DNA of 7,438 nt from a virus (lineage: Duplodnaviria > Heunggongvirae > Uroviricota > Caudoviricetes), in IMG/VR virus record IMGVR_UViG_2711768067_000021, positions 1-7,438 of that record. One strand, 5' to 3'. The notes beneath the pieces are model-generated. The model ran no database searches. It worked only from the letters and a program-made list of their open reading frames with translations, and was not told the DNA's origin. Position numbers and translations under genes: made by a program. This document shows, one piece after another, positions 1-6,036 of this stretch (within the stretch, counting starts at the first letter, position 1; every line of letters starts with the position of its first letter).

Positions 1-1284
1 TTACTTCTTCGCCTCTGCAACCACTTTACTACCCACGCCGCGGTTATTGTATTCCCACATGCGGTTGTAGTTAGTGTCATTCAGATTGCGCTGTATTTCG
101 TCGTTATCATCTACGCTGCCGGTATTACCCGCAAACGGACGATTAGAGATCACCGCATCGGCCCACGGTTTAGCCGTGTTAAAACCTTCGTTGATGGCGC
201 TATCACGGATCACCACCTGACCGTTGGTATTGGCATCAACATCCAGCGAGCGGCCCAGTTGCGCCACACCATCACCGAAAGCATTGAAACGGCTGTTTAC
301 GGCGAGGAAACCGTAGTAAATGTTGTACAGCGTAGCCGGTGCAAACACATACGCTTCTTGCTGAGTACGTGAGTTCACCACGCGGAATTCGGTGTTATCG
401 AACACCACTGCGCCGCGACCAGAAACGATATCCACATCCCCTTCAATGTAGCTGTTGGTCACCAGCGTACGCGGCTGACGGTTGGTTTCCAGACGGTTCT
501 GCACACCGCTGTTGGTGACAAAGAAGGTGTTCTGACGACCGAGAATGTTAACGTTGTTAATCTGTACCTGGTCACCATCAGTACGCAGTGCCACCGCCGG
601 ATGGTTACCTGCATCTACGCTATCGCCCAGCGTGTTTTCGATGGTCAGATTTTGCAGTTGCAGGCCATTGTTTTGTGACCAGAAGACCGCAGAGCAGAGA
701 ACACCGATACTGTCGCTGCGTTTGCTCTGGCAGCTATCGTACATATACCACGCTGGTTTACCTGGCATATATTTGCCGCGCGGGTTGACGTCGTGACGCC
801 AGTCGGCAGGGCTCATGCCACCATCAAGGGAAAGCCCAATCTTCACATCAATCGGTTTTTCACCTGTACCGTACAGAGTAATTCCACCCGGAGCGGCAGG
901 GACATATACCGTTCCCTGATACTCACCAGGCATCACGGCAATATACTGGCGCTTGTTGGTACGCTTGATAATTGCCGCATCTACCGCCGCCTGAATCGTG
1001 GTATGCGTTACACCTTGAGTGCCCGCCGGGCCGACAACAAAGTCAGGTTGCGCAGGCAGGGTAATCGGGGAAGGATTCCACGCTGCAGCACCTGGTGTCA
1101 GGGATGCAAAATAGTGTTGAGCATCGAAATTCTGCGCTTCTTTTGCCGACAGAATCGGGCGAGAAGAGGTACCAGGCGCGGTTTGATCAGAAGGACGTTG
1201 ATCGGGCGGGGTTGAGCTACAGGCGGTCAGCGTCACGCCAAAAGCCAATGCCAGCGCCAGACGGGAAACTGAAAATGTGTTCAC
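1..1284 (-). CDS. ybhC: Host outer-membrane lipoprotein YbhC (pectinesterase-family / putative acyl-CoA thioesterase), complete 427 aa
   Basis: Full ORF on the minus strand; window position 1 is the first base of its stop codon. Start is GTG at 1282-1284 with GGAG 7 nt upstream. N-terminus MNTFSVSRLALALAFGVTLTAC has a lipobox (LTAC) typical of lipoproteins. Protein recognised from memory as E. coli YbhC, the gene on the gal side of attλ. Confidence 0.9.
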   Translation of the reverse strand: MNTFSVSRLALALAFGVTLTACSSTPPDQRPSDQTAPGTSSRPILSAKEAQNFDAQHYFASLTPGAAAWNPSPITLPAQPDFVVGPAGTQGVTHTTIQAAVDAAIIKRTNKRQYIAVMPGEYQGTVYVPAAPGGITLYGTGEKPIDVKIGLSLDGGMSPADWRHDVNPRGKYMPGKPAWYMYDSCQSKRSDSIGVLCSAVFWSQNNGLQLQNLTIENTLGDSVDAGNHPAVALRTDGDQVQINNVNILGRQNTFFVTNSGVQNRLETNRQPRTLVTNSYIEGDVDIVSGRGAVVFDNTEFRVVNSRTQQEAYVFAPATLYNIYYGFLAVNSRFNAFGDGVAQLGRSLDVDANTNGQVVIRDSAINEGFNTAKPWADAVISNRPFAGNTGSVDDNDEIQRNLNDTNYNRMWEYNNRGVGSKVVAEAKK

Positions 1285-1328
1285 AGGTTGCTCCGGGCTA
1301 TGAAATAGAAAAATGAATCCGTTGAAGC

Positions 1329-1349
1329 CTGCTTTTTTATACTAAGTTG
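1329..1349. other. attL: attL core (B-O-P'): ctgcttt / TTTATAC / taagttg; 15-bp common core GCTTTTTTATACTAA at 1331-1345
   Basis: Exact match to the lambda att common core as I recall it. The left half-site CTGCTTT is the attB type (attP has CAGCTTT) and the right half-site TAAGTTG is the attP C' type (attB has TAACTTG), so this is a hybrid BOP' site, i.e. attL of an integrated prophage. Confidence 0.9.
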
Positions 1350-1370
1350 GCATTATAAAAAAGCATTGCT

Positions 1371-1383
1371 TATCAATTTGTTG
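1371..1383. promoter_or_regulatory. IHF binding site H' in the P' arm (TATCAATTTGTTG)
   Basis: Matches the IHF consensus WATCAANNNNTTR; position relative to the core fits the lambda H' site. Confidence 0.7.
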
Positions 1384-1390
1384 CAACGAA

Positions 1391-1422
1391 CAGGTCACTA
1401 TCAGTCAAAATAAAATCATTAT
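1391..1422. promoter_or_regulatory. Int arm-type binding sites P'1, P'2, P'3 (caggtcactat / cagtcaaaat / aaaatcattat)
   Basis: Three tandem repeats resembling the arm-type consensus (C/A)AGTCACTAT, lying between the core and the int stop codon; the third overlaps the int stop (1419-1421). Confidence 0.75.
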
Positions 1423-2489
1423 TTGATTTCAATTTTGTCCCACTCCCTGCCTCTGTCATCACGATACTGTGATGCCATGGTGTCCGACTTATGCCCGAGA
1501 AGATGTTGAGCAAACTTATCGCTTATCTGCTTCTCATAGAGTCTTGCAGACAAACTGCGCAACTCGTGAAAGGTAGGCGGATCCCCTTCGAAGGAAAGAC
1601 CTGATGCTTTTCGTGCGCGCATAAAATACCTTGATACTGTGCCGGATGAAAGCGGTTCGCGACGAGTAGATGCAATTATGGTTTCTCCGCCAAGAATCTC
1701 TTTGCATTTATCAAGTGTTTCCTTCATTGATATTCCGAGAGCATCAACATGCAATACTGTTGGGATGGCAATTTTTACGCCTGTTTTGCTTTGCTCGACA
1801 TAAAGATATCCATCTACGATATCAGACCACTTCATTTCGCATAAATCACCAACTCGTTGCCCGGTAACAACAGCCAGTTCCATTGCAAGTCTGAGCCAAC
1901 ATGGTGATGATTCTGCTGCTTGATAAATTTTCAGGTATTCGTCAGCCGTAAGTCTTGATCTCCTTACCTCTGATTTTGCTGCGCGAGTGGCAGCGACAGG
2001 GTTTGTTGTTATATGGCCTTCAGCTATTGCCTCTCGGAATGCATCGCTCAGTGTTGATCTGATTAACTTGGCTGACGCCGCCTTGCCCTCGTCTATGTAT
2101 CCATTGAGCATTGCCGCAATTTCTTTTGTGGTGATGTCTTCAAGTGGAGCATCAGGCAGACCCCTCCTTATTGCTTTAATTTTGCTCATGTAATTTATGA
2201 GTGTCTTCTGCTTGATTCCTCTGCTGGCCAGGATTTTTTCGTAGCGATCAAGCCATGAATGTAACGTAACGGAATTATCACTGTTGATTCTCGCTGTCAG
2301 AGGCTTGTGTTTGTGTCCTGAAAATAACTCAATGTTGGCCTGTATAGCTTCAGTGATTGCGATTCGCCTGTCTCTGCCTAATCCAAACTCTTTACCCGTC
2401 CTTGGGTCCCTGTAGCAGTAATATCCATTGTTTCTTATATAAAGGTTAGGGGGTAAATCCCGGCGCTCATGACTTCGCCTTCTTCCCAT
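1419..2489 (-). CDS. int: Lambda-type integrase Int (tyrosine recombinase), 356 aa
   Basis: 356-aa ORF beginning MGRRRSHERRDLPPNLYIRNNGYYCYRDPRTGKEFGLGRD, recognised as lambda Int. Stop lies 74 bp from the att core as in lambda; 23-nt overlap with xis. Confidence 0.97.
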   Translation of the reverse strand: MGRRRSHERRDLPPNLYIRNNGYYCYRDPRTGKEFGLGRDRRIAITEAIQANIELFSGHKHKPLTARINSDNSVTLHSWLDRYEKILASRGIKQKTLINYMSKIKAIRRGLPDAPLEDITTKEIAAMLNGYIDEGKAASAKLIRSTLSDAFREAIAEGHITTNPVAATRAAKSEVRRSRLTADEYLKIYQAAESSPCWLRLAMELAVVTGQRVGDLCEMKWSDIVDGYLYVEQSKTGVKIAIPTVLHVDALGISMKETLDKCKEILGGETIIASTRREPLSSGTVSRYFMRARKASGLSFEGDPPTFHELRSLSARLYEKQISDKFAQHLLGHKSDTMASQYRDDRGREWDKIEIK

Positions 2490-2685
2490 TTCTGATCCTC
2501 TTCAAAAGGCTACCTGTTACTGGTCGATTTAAGTCAACCTTTACCGCTGATTCGTGGAACAGATACTCTCTTCCATCCTTAACTGGAGGAGGGAATATCC
2601 TGCACTCGCGTACCCATCGACGAACTGTTTCAAGGCTTCTTGGGCGTCGCTGGCGTGCGTTCCACTCCTGAAGTGTCAAGTACAT
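2467..2685 (-). CDS. xis: Excisionase Xis, 72 aa
   Basis: 72-aa ORF MYLTLQEWNARQRRPRSLETVRRWV..., recognised as lambda Xis. GGAG 8 nt upstream of ATG; 3' end overlaps the int start. Confidence 0.95.
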   Translation of the reverse strand: MYLTLQEWNARQRRPRSLETVRRWVRECRIFPPPVKDGREYLFHESAVKVDLNRPVTGSLLKRIRNGKKAKS

Positions 2686-2697
2686 CGCAAAGTCTCC

Positions 2698-2711
2698 GCA
2701 ATTACACGCAA
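2698..2711 (-). promoter_or_regulatory. Putative cII activator site of the pI promoter (TTGC-N6-TTGC; minus-strand TTGCGTGTAATTGC)
   Basis: Direct-repeat TTGC tetramers spaced by 6 nt, just upstream of the xis ATG, so a transcript initiating about 30 bp downstream would start inside xis and encode Int but not Xis, as described for lambda pI. The -10 element was not pinned down. Confidence 0.5.
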
Positions 2712-2712
2712 G

Positions 2713-2732
2713 AAAAAACCGCCATCAGGCGG
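2713..2732 (-). terminator. Possible weak intrinsic terminator or attenuator hairpin (CCGCC-UGAU-GGCGG followed by UUUUUU on the minus-strand RNA)
   Basis: 5-bp all-GC stem with 4-nt loop followed by six U in the transcribed (minus) direction; the loop contains the stop codon of the 55-aa ORF. Short stem, so low confidence. Confidence 0.3.
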
Positions 2733-2892
2733 CTTGGTGTTCTTTCAGTTCTTCAATTCGAATATTGGTTACGTCTGCATGTGCTATCTGCGCCCACAGC
2801 ATCCAGTGGTCATAGCAGTCGCTGATGTTCTCGGCTTCGATAACTCTGTTGAATGGTTCTCCATTCCATTCACCTGTAACTCGGAAGTGCAT
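2725..2892 (-). CDS. Small hypothetical protein, 55 aa (lambda orf55 position); not in the supplied ORF track
   Basis: Hand-translated from the minus strand: ATG at 2890-2892, TGA at 2725-2727, giving MHFRVTGEWNGEPFNRVIEAENISDCYDHWMLWAQIAHADVTNIRIEELKEHQAA. GGAG 7 nt upstream of ATG. Position between xis and ea8.5 matches the small ORF annotated there in lambda (recollection). Confidence 0.7.
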   Translation of the reverse strand: MHFRVTGEWNGEPFNRVIEAENISDCYDHWMLWAQIAHADVTNIRIEELKEHQAA

Positions 2893-2903
2893 TTATCATC
2901 TCC

Positions 2904-2930
2904 ATAAAACAAAACTCGCCGTAGCGAGTT
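2904..2930 (-). terminator. Putative intrinsic terminator (AACUCGC-UACG-GCGAGUU followed by UUGUUUUAU on the minus-strand RNA)
   Basis: Perfect 7-bp inverted repeat with 4-nt loop and a U-rich tail in the leftward transcript, between the ea8.5 stop and the 55-aa ORF RBS. Confidence 0.45.
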
Positions 2931-2980
2931 CAGATAAAAGAAATCCCCGCGAGTGCGAGGATAGTTACTTGTTCATATTA

Positions 2981-3262
2981 TTAATCGTCAATGTATTTTG
3001 AGCATTGTGGGCAATCATCGATCCCACAATACGATTCATATGCATCCTTTATTGCGTCGCGGGCTTCAGTAAGAGTATTGAATAAGTTGCAGCTATTATC
3101 TTTTTGATATAGGTAAGTTCCTAATTTATAAGCAGAAGAAGCATCATTTCCGCTGTCTAAAATTACATCGTTATGGATTCTGCACCTTGCAAGAACTCCT
3201 GATCCCATAAGGGTCTGCATAGCCCATTGCTCTTGATCTTCACACAAATCATGAATGCTCAT
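2981..3262 (-). CDS. ea8.5: Ea8.5-like protein, 93 aa (probable Cys-rich zinc-binding C-terminus)
   Basis: ORF in track is 99 aa (2981-3280). The second Met (MSIHDLCEDQ..., start 3262) has a strong RBS (AGAGAGGTG) and gives 93 aa, the length I recall for lambda Ea8.5; spacing from xis also matches lambda. The C-terminus contains CGIDDCPQC. Confidence 0.8.
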   Translation of the reverse strand: MSIHDLCEDQEQWAMQTLMGSGVLARCRIHNDVILDSGNDASSAYKLGTYLYQKDNSCNLFNTLTEARDAIKDAYESYCGIDDCPQCSKYIDD

Positions 3263-3361
3263 TTCAACACCTCTCTTCACGTTTCACACACGTTAAGATT
3301 AACAGTGTTTTTACATGCTTTGGAAGATTTATTTTATAAAAACTCTTTTAATACAAATAGA

Positions 3362-3381
3362 TATAATAGTTCACTATTATA
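3362..3381. repeat. 20-bp palindrome TATAATAG-TTCA-CTATTATA overlapping the stop codon of the 367-aa gene
   Basis: 8-bp perfect inverted arms around a 4-bp centre, seen directly in the sequence; sits in the AT-rich spacer where similarity to lambda appears to end. Confidence 0.5.
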
Positions 3382-4480
3382 GCTCCTTTAATCGAGGCGG
3401 TTCTGGTAGAGGCATCCAGTGGGTTACACCGCCAATTGGCTCATCGTCGTCGTACTCCAATGCGGCTATATAGAACCCGTCACGACGAGAATAAGAAATC
3501 CCGGACATTACAATGCCATCCGAAACAACAATAATGTCACCCGTTTCTTTCGGCATTCGCTCACTACAGCTTATCCAACCATCCGGAGTCACCGGAAGCG
3601 AGAACGGCAGCACATCTCTGTGAACAAGTTTTTGCTGTGACAGGTTATCCAGAACTTTCTGTACTGCTGCATCACCGAATACACCAAGCGCATCTGCCAT
3701 AACTCCTACAACCTGATAAGCCTCAGCGCATACCGTGGATAAACCATCCGGAATTACCGGAGAGTTGCCTGCCAATCTACGCAAAACAGCCTTAACAGCC
3801 TCAATACGGTCATCATCGTAACTTTCCGCCGTATCTATGCGGTCAAGCATGATGATGGCGTTATCAATATCAGGATTGCCGGTCCACTCATTACCGCGAT
3901 TGGATTCGGCAGCCTGGTTGCCGCGTACTGGTTGATTCTCGGCTTTACCCTGTCTGTCGTCGCTGCATGAATGCCCTTCCAGCCAGACCAGTGCTTGTCG
4001 CATGAAATACGCAATATGCTTGCCGTGGTAATCGTCTTCATCGATGTGAAAAGCGATACTGCGGATATATTCAATTGCGTTTTCAATGGCCTCCGGCGTT
4101 ATCGGTGCTGACATATTTTGATTTTGGAGTGCCAAGACGCGGCTGGCATCCTCTACGCCTTTAACTGCATCTGCGCAGTAGTTATAGCGATTGCATTCCA
4201 CTAACTTCTGCTTGAGATTTTCAATTGCTTGTGCGACATCAGCCTGCAATTCCGGAACTGGCGGAGTGGCATATAACGGCACCCACTTTGGTGCTTTATC
4301 CCCGACCGAACGCTGATACCAGTCACCCGGTTTGTATTCATAAAACTCACCAACAGGCTCTGCTTCCAGCGATGCCAGCGCAATTTCATAAGCACGGCGC
4401 TCAATATTGTCTCGCACGTCCAGACTGCCTATGCGCTCTTTGATTTCTTTAATCAGTTCTTTGTCGGTTAAAGTGGTCAT
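3377..4480 (-). CDS. Hypothetical acidic prophage protein, 367 aa, C-terminal DUF551-like domain; cargo gene absent from canonical lambda
   Basis: Long ORF with GAGG 8 nt upstream of ATG. C-terminus ...DGWISCSERMPKETGDIIVVSDG...GGVTHWMPLPEPP resembles the DUF551 signature (recognised from memory, not searched). N-terminal ~300 aa is acidic with no family I can name. GC content looks similar to the neighbouring phage genes. Confidence 0.8.
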   Translation of the reverse strand: MTTLTDKELIKEIKERIGSLDVRDNIERRAYEIALASLEAEPVGEFYEYKPGDWYQRSVGDKAPKWVPLYATPPVPELQADVAQAIENLKQKLVECNRYNYCADAVKGVEDASRVLALQNQNMSAPITPEAIENAIEYIRSIAFHIDEDDYHGKHIAYFMRQALVWLEGHSCSDDRQGKAENQPVRGNQAAESNRGNEWTGNPDIDNAIIMLDRIDTAESYDDDRIEAVKAVLRRLAGNSPVIPDGLSTVCAEAYQVVGVMADALGVFGDAAVQKVLDNLSQQKLVHRDVLPFSLPVTPDGWISCSERMPKETGDIIVVSDGIVMSGISYSRRDGFYIAALEYDDDEPIGGVTHWMPLPEPPRLKEL

Positions 4481-4490
4481 AAATTATGCC

Positions 4491-5024
4491 TCAGTTGTAT
4501 CCGATTGGATTAACCGCAACAATAACGCCATCCGCGAACAAATCTTTAATGAGGTGTTCGCTCGGCTCGCCTTTTTCGTACTCTTCAATAAGGTAAGTGT
4601 CTCCATCCTCATTGATATAAACTGGAAGAATGGAACCGTTGATGAAGTAGGTTCCGTTGTTATCGAGGATTTTTGCCTCGGCGATTTGTTTTTTGGTAAA
4701 ACGATCTTCTTTTTTCAAAGTTGCCATATCTGTTTCCTTATGTGGGTTAATTTTATTGTGTAGCTTCCTGAATGGGGTCCACACTATATCGATATACAGT
4801 TCAACTAACGGTTCAAATACTTTCCCCATTAGAACAGTCACTAATATTGAGGCTATTGGTATCAGCAACACGAAAAACAGAATGATAAACAGCAATTCTA
4901 TTGCTCTACTCTTTCGCGGATATTCTTTTCTGAATAAAGTGGGCATTTCCTCCCCATTAAATGCGTCAATGATTTCTCCAGTGTTTTGCGCTGCACCTGA
5001 ATTATCTTTAAATCCTTCTTTCAT
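4491..5024 (-). CDS. Hypothetical single-pass membrane protein, 177 aa, in an AT-rich segment (moron-like cargo gene)
   Basis: ORF with GAGGAA about 12 nt upstream of ATG. Hydrophobic stretch LLFIILFFVLLIPIASILVTVLMG preceded by basic residues (RKEYPRKSR), suggesting N-in topology. Its stop codon sits 10 nt from the start of the downstream 367-aa gene and overlaps that gene's RBS. Hand-counted GC is about 38% in two 60-nt samples versus about 48% in a flanking sample. An internal ATG (4725-4727) with a strong AAGGAA RBS could yield a 78-aa soluble C-terminal product. Confidence 0.7.
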   Translation of the reverse strand: MKEGFKDNSGAAQNTGEIIDAFNGEEMPTLFRKEYPRKSRAIELLFIILFFVLLIPIASILVTVLMGKVFEPLVELYIDIVWTPFRKLHNKINPHKETDMATLKKEDRFTKKQIAEAKILDNNGTYFINGSILPVYINEDGDTYLIEEYEKGEPSEHLIKDLFADGVIVAVNPIGYN

Positions 5025-5030
5025 CGTTTG

Positions 5031-5720
5031 CTATTCTTCCTCACACCCAAGATATGAAAGAGATGTAATTGCTTTTGCACGGAAACCACCAACCTTGCTA
5101 AGTGCGCTTTTAAGTGCGTCAAGGTCAGATTGTGATTTGATCATGAAAGTTAACCGCGCAATTCCAGACATAGAGTCAGAACCATTCACTGCGTTGTAGT
5201 GATATATGTATCGGGTGACTGATTGAGTCACGCCCTCCTGCTGGTGGTTTATATTGGCGTCCTGTCTTGTGTTGGCCTGCTCCAACTCTTCGATACGTTC
5301 AGCCATCGCAGCACACTCTTCAAAGTTGCTTAATGCTTTTCGCTCCGATTCAGCGCATTGTTTTTCCAGTTCTGCTATGCGCTTACCTCCATCCGCGATT
5401 ACTCCCTCGTAATGCTCGCGCTGCTCGTTGAGTTTTGATTTTGCCGACTCCAGTTGTTTTGTTAGTTCCGCAATACGGCAAACATCGTTGATACGCGTTT
5501 CCTCTAATGCGTTGATCTCATCCAGTAGTGCCAAAGCAACCTTTGGATTAAAGGCAGCAATAAATTCAGCGTTGTTTTTCAGAACGTGTTGCGCAATGGC
5601 CTGACTACTTAGTCGGACCTCATAACCACGTGCGCCACGGTGTGGTTTATATGAGTCCCAGTCTCCCCACGTTGCTTTCACTGCCGCCTCACGCAGTGCC
5701 TGATAGTTAATTTCGCTCAC
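5031..5720 (-). CDS. ea22: Ea22-like protein, 229 aa (conserved N-terminus and coiled-coil centre, divergent C-terminus)
   Basis: GTG start at 5718-5720 with AGAGAGG 6 nt upstream; the start overlaps the stop of the 73-aa gene (GTGA). N-terminal MSEINYQALREAA... and the central ...AKSKLNEQREHYEGVIADGGKRIAELE... resemble what I recall of lambda Ea22 and the ead/Ea22-like family; lambda Ea22 is 182 aa by recollection, so the C-terminal part differs. Confidence 0.75.
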   Translation of the reverse strand: MSEINYQALREAAVKATWGDWDSYKPHRGARGYEVRLSSQAIAQHVLKNNAEFIAAFNPKVALALLDEINALEETRINDVCRIAELTKQLESAKSKLNEQREHYEGVIADGGKRIAELEKQCAESERKALSNFEECAAMAERIEELEQANTRQDANINHQQEGVTQSVTRYIYHYNAVNGSDSMSGIARLTFMIKSQSDLDALKSALSKVGGFRAKAITSLSYLGCEEE

Positions 5721-5938
5721 TTCGAACCTCTCTGTTTACTGATAAGCTCCAGATCCTCCTGGCAACTTGCACAAGTCCGACAACCCTGAACGACCAGGCG
5801 TCTTCGTTCATCTATGGGATCGCCACACTCACAACAATGAGTGGCGGATATAGTCTGGTAGTTCAGACGACGCATTTTTATTGCTGTATTGCGCTGTAAT
5901 TCTTCAATTTCTGATGCTGAATCAATGATGTCCGCCAT
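5717..5938 (-). CDS. TraR/DksA-family C4 zinc-finger protein, 73 aa (lambda Orf73-like RNA polymerase-binding regulator)
   Basis: Contains CCEC...14 aa...CRTCASC, a CxxC-spacer-CxxC zinc-finger pattern typical of TraR/DksA-family proteins; the 73-aa length matches the lambda TraR homologue Orf73 as I recall it. Confidence 0.8.
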   Translation of the reverse strand: MADIIDSASEIEELQRNTAIKMRRLNYQTISATHCCECGDPIDERRRLVVQGCRTCASCQEDLELISKQRGSK

Positions 5939-5987
5939 CTTTCATTAATCCCTGAATTGTTGGTTAATACGCTTGAGGGTGAATGCG

Positions 5988-6014
5988 AATAATAAAAAAG
6001 GAGCCTGTAGCTCC
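5988..6014 (-). terminator. Putative Rho-independent terminator (GGAGC-UACAG-GCUCC followed by UUUUUUAUUAUU on the minus-strand RNA)
   Basis: 5-bp GC-rich stem with a 5-nt loop and a U-tract immediately downstream (leftward) of the small ORF ending at 6037 and upstream of the 73-aa gene. Within the pL operon, so it would be read through under N antitermination. Confidence 0.55.
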
Positions 6015-6036
6015 CTGATGATTTTGCTTTTCATGT

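Noticed and set aside
545-1316. Plus-strand ORFs (83, 66, 140 and 73 aa) inside or overlapping ybhC
   Set aside because: They lie antisense within a well-supported 427-aa gene, have Arg/Cys/Ser-rich non-protein-like composition and no convincing RBS; treated as shadow ORFs.
1331-1345. Possibility that the attachment site is a tRNA or tmRNA gene 3' end
   Set aside because: The flanking sequence is the known lambda att core next to ybhC, with no cloverleaf-compatible sequence nearby; lambda integrates at an intergenic site, not a tRNA.
1352-1357. TATAAT hexamer on the minus strand in the P' arm as a replacement ybhC promoter
   Set aside because: No acceptable -35 element at 16-18 bp spacing (TTGATA at 12 nt, TTGCAA at 22 nt), so a promoter call is not supportable from sequence alone.
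1670-2193. Plus-strand ORFs of 65 and 68 aa inside int
   Set aside because: Antisense to the confidently identified integrase gene; no independent support.
2554-2907. Plus-strand ORFs of 117 and 61 aa spanning xis and the 55-aa ORF region
   Set aside because: Opposite to the operon direction and overlapping xis plus the RBS-supported 55-aa minus-strand ORF; the coding signal belongs to the minus strand.
3263-3280. Upstream ATG extending ea8.5 to 99 aa
   Set aside because: The downstream ATG at 3262 has the strong RBS and yields the 93-aa length recalled for lambda Ea8.5.
3419-4443. ORFs nested in the 367-aa gene region (plus-strand 73 aa and 72 aa; minus-strand 83 aa and 67 aa in other frames)
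   Set aside because: All lie within the long, RBS-supported 367-aa frame and lack start signals; the minus-strand ones are out-of-frame overlaps.
4407-5199. Plus-strand ORFs of 118 and 180 aa across the AT-rich segment
   Set aside because: Ile/Leu/Phe/Ser-rich low-complexity translations typical of the antisense of an AT-rich, Lys/Glu-rich gene; the minus-strand 177-aa ORF has the RBS and the operon coupling.
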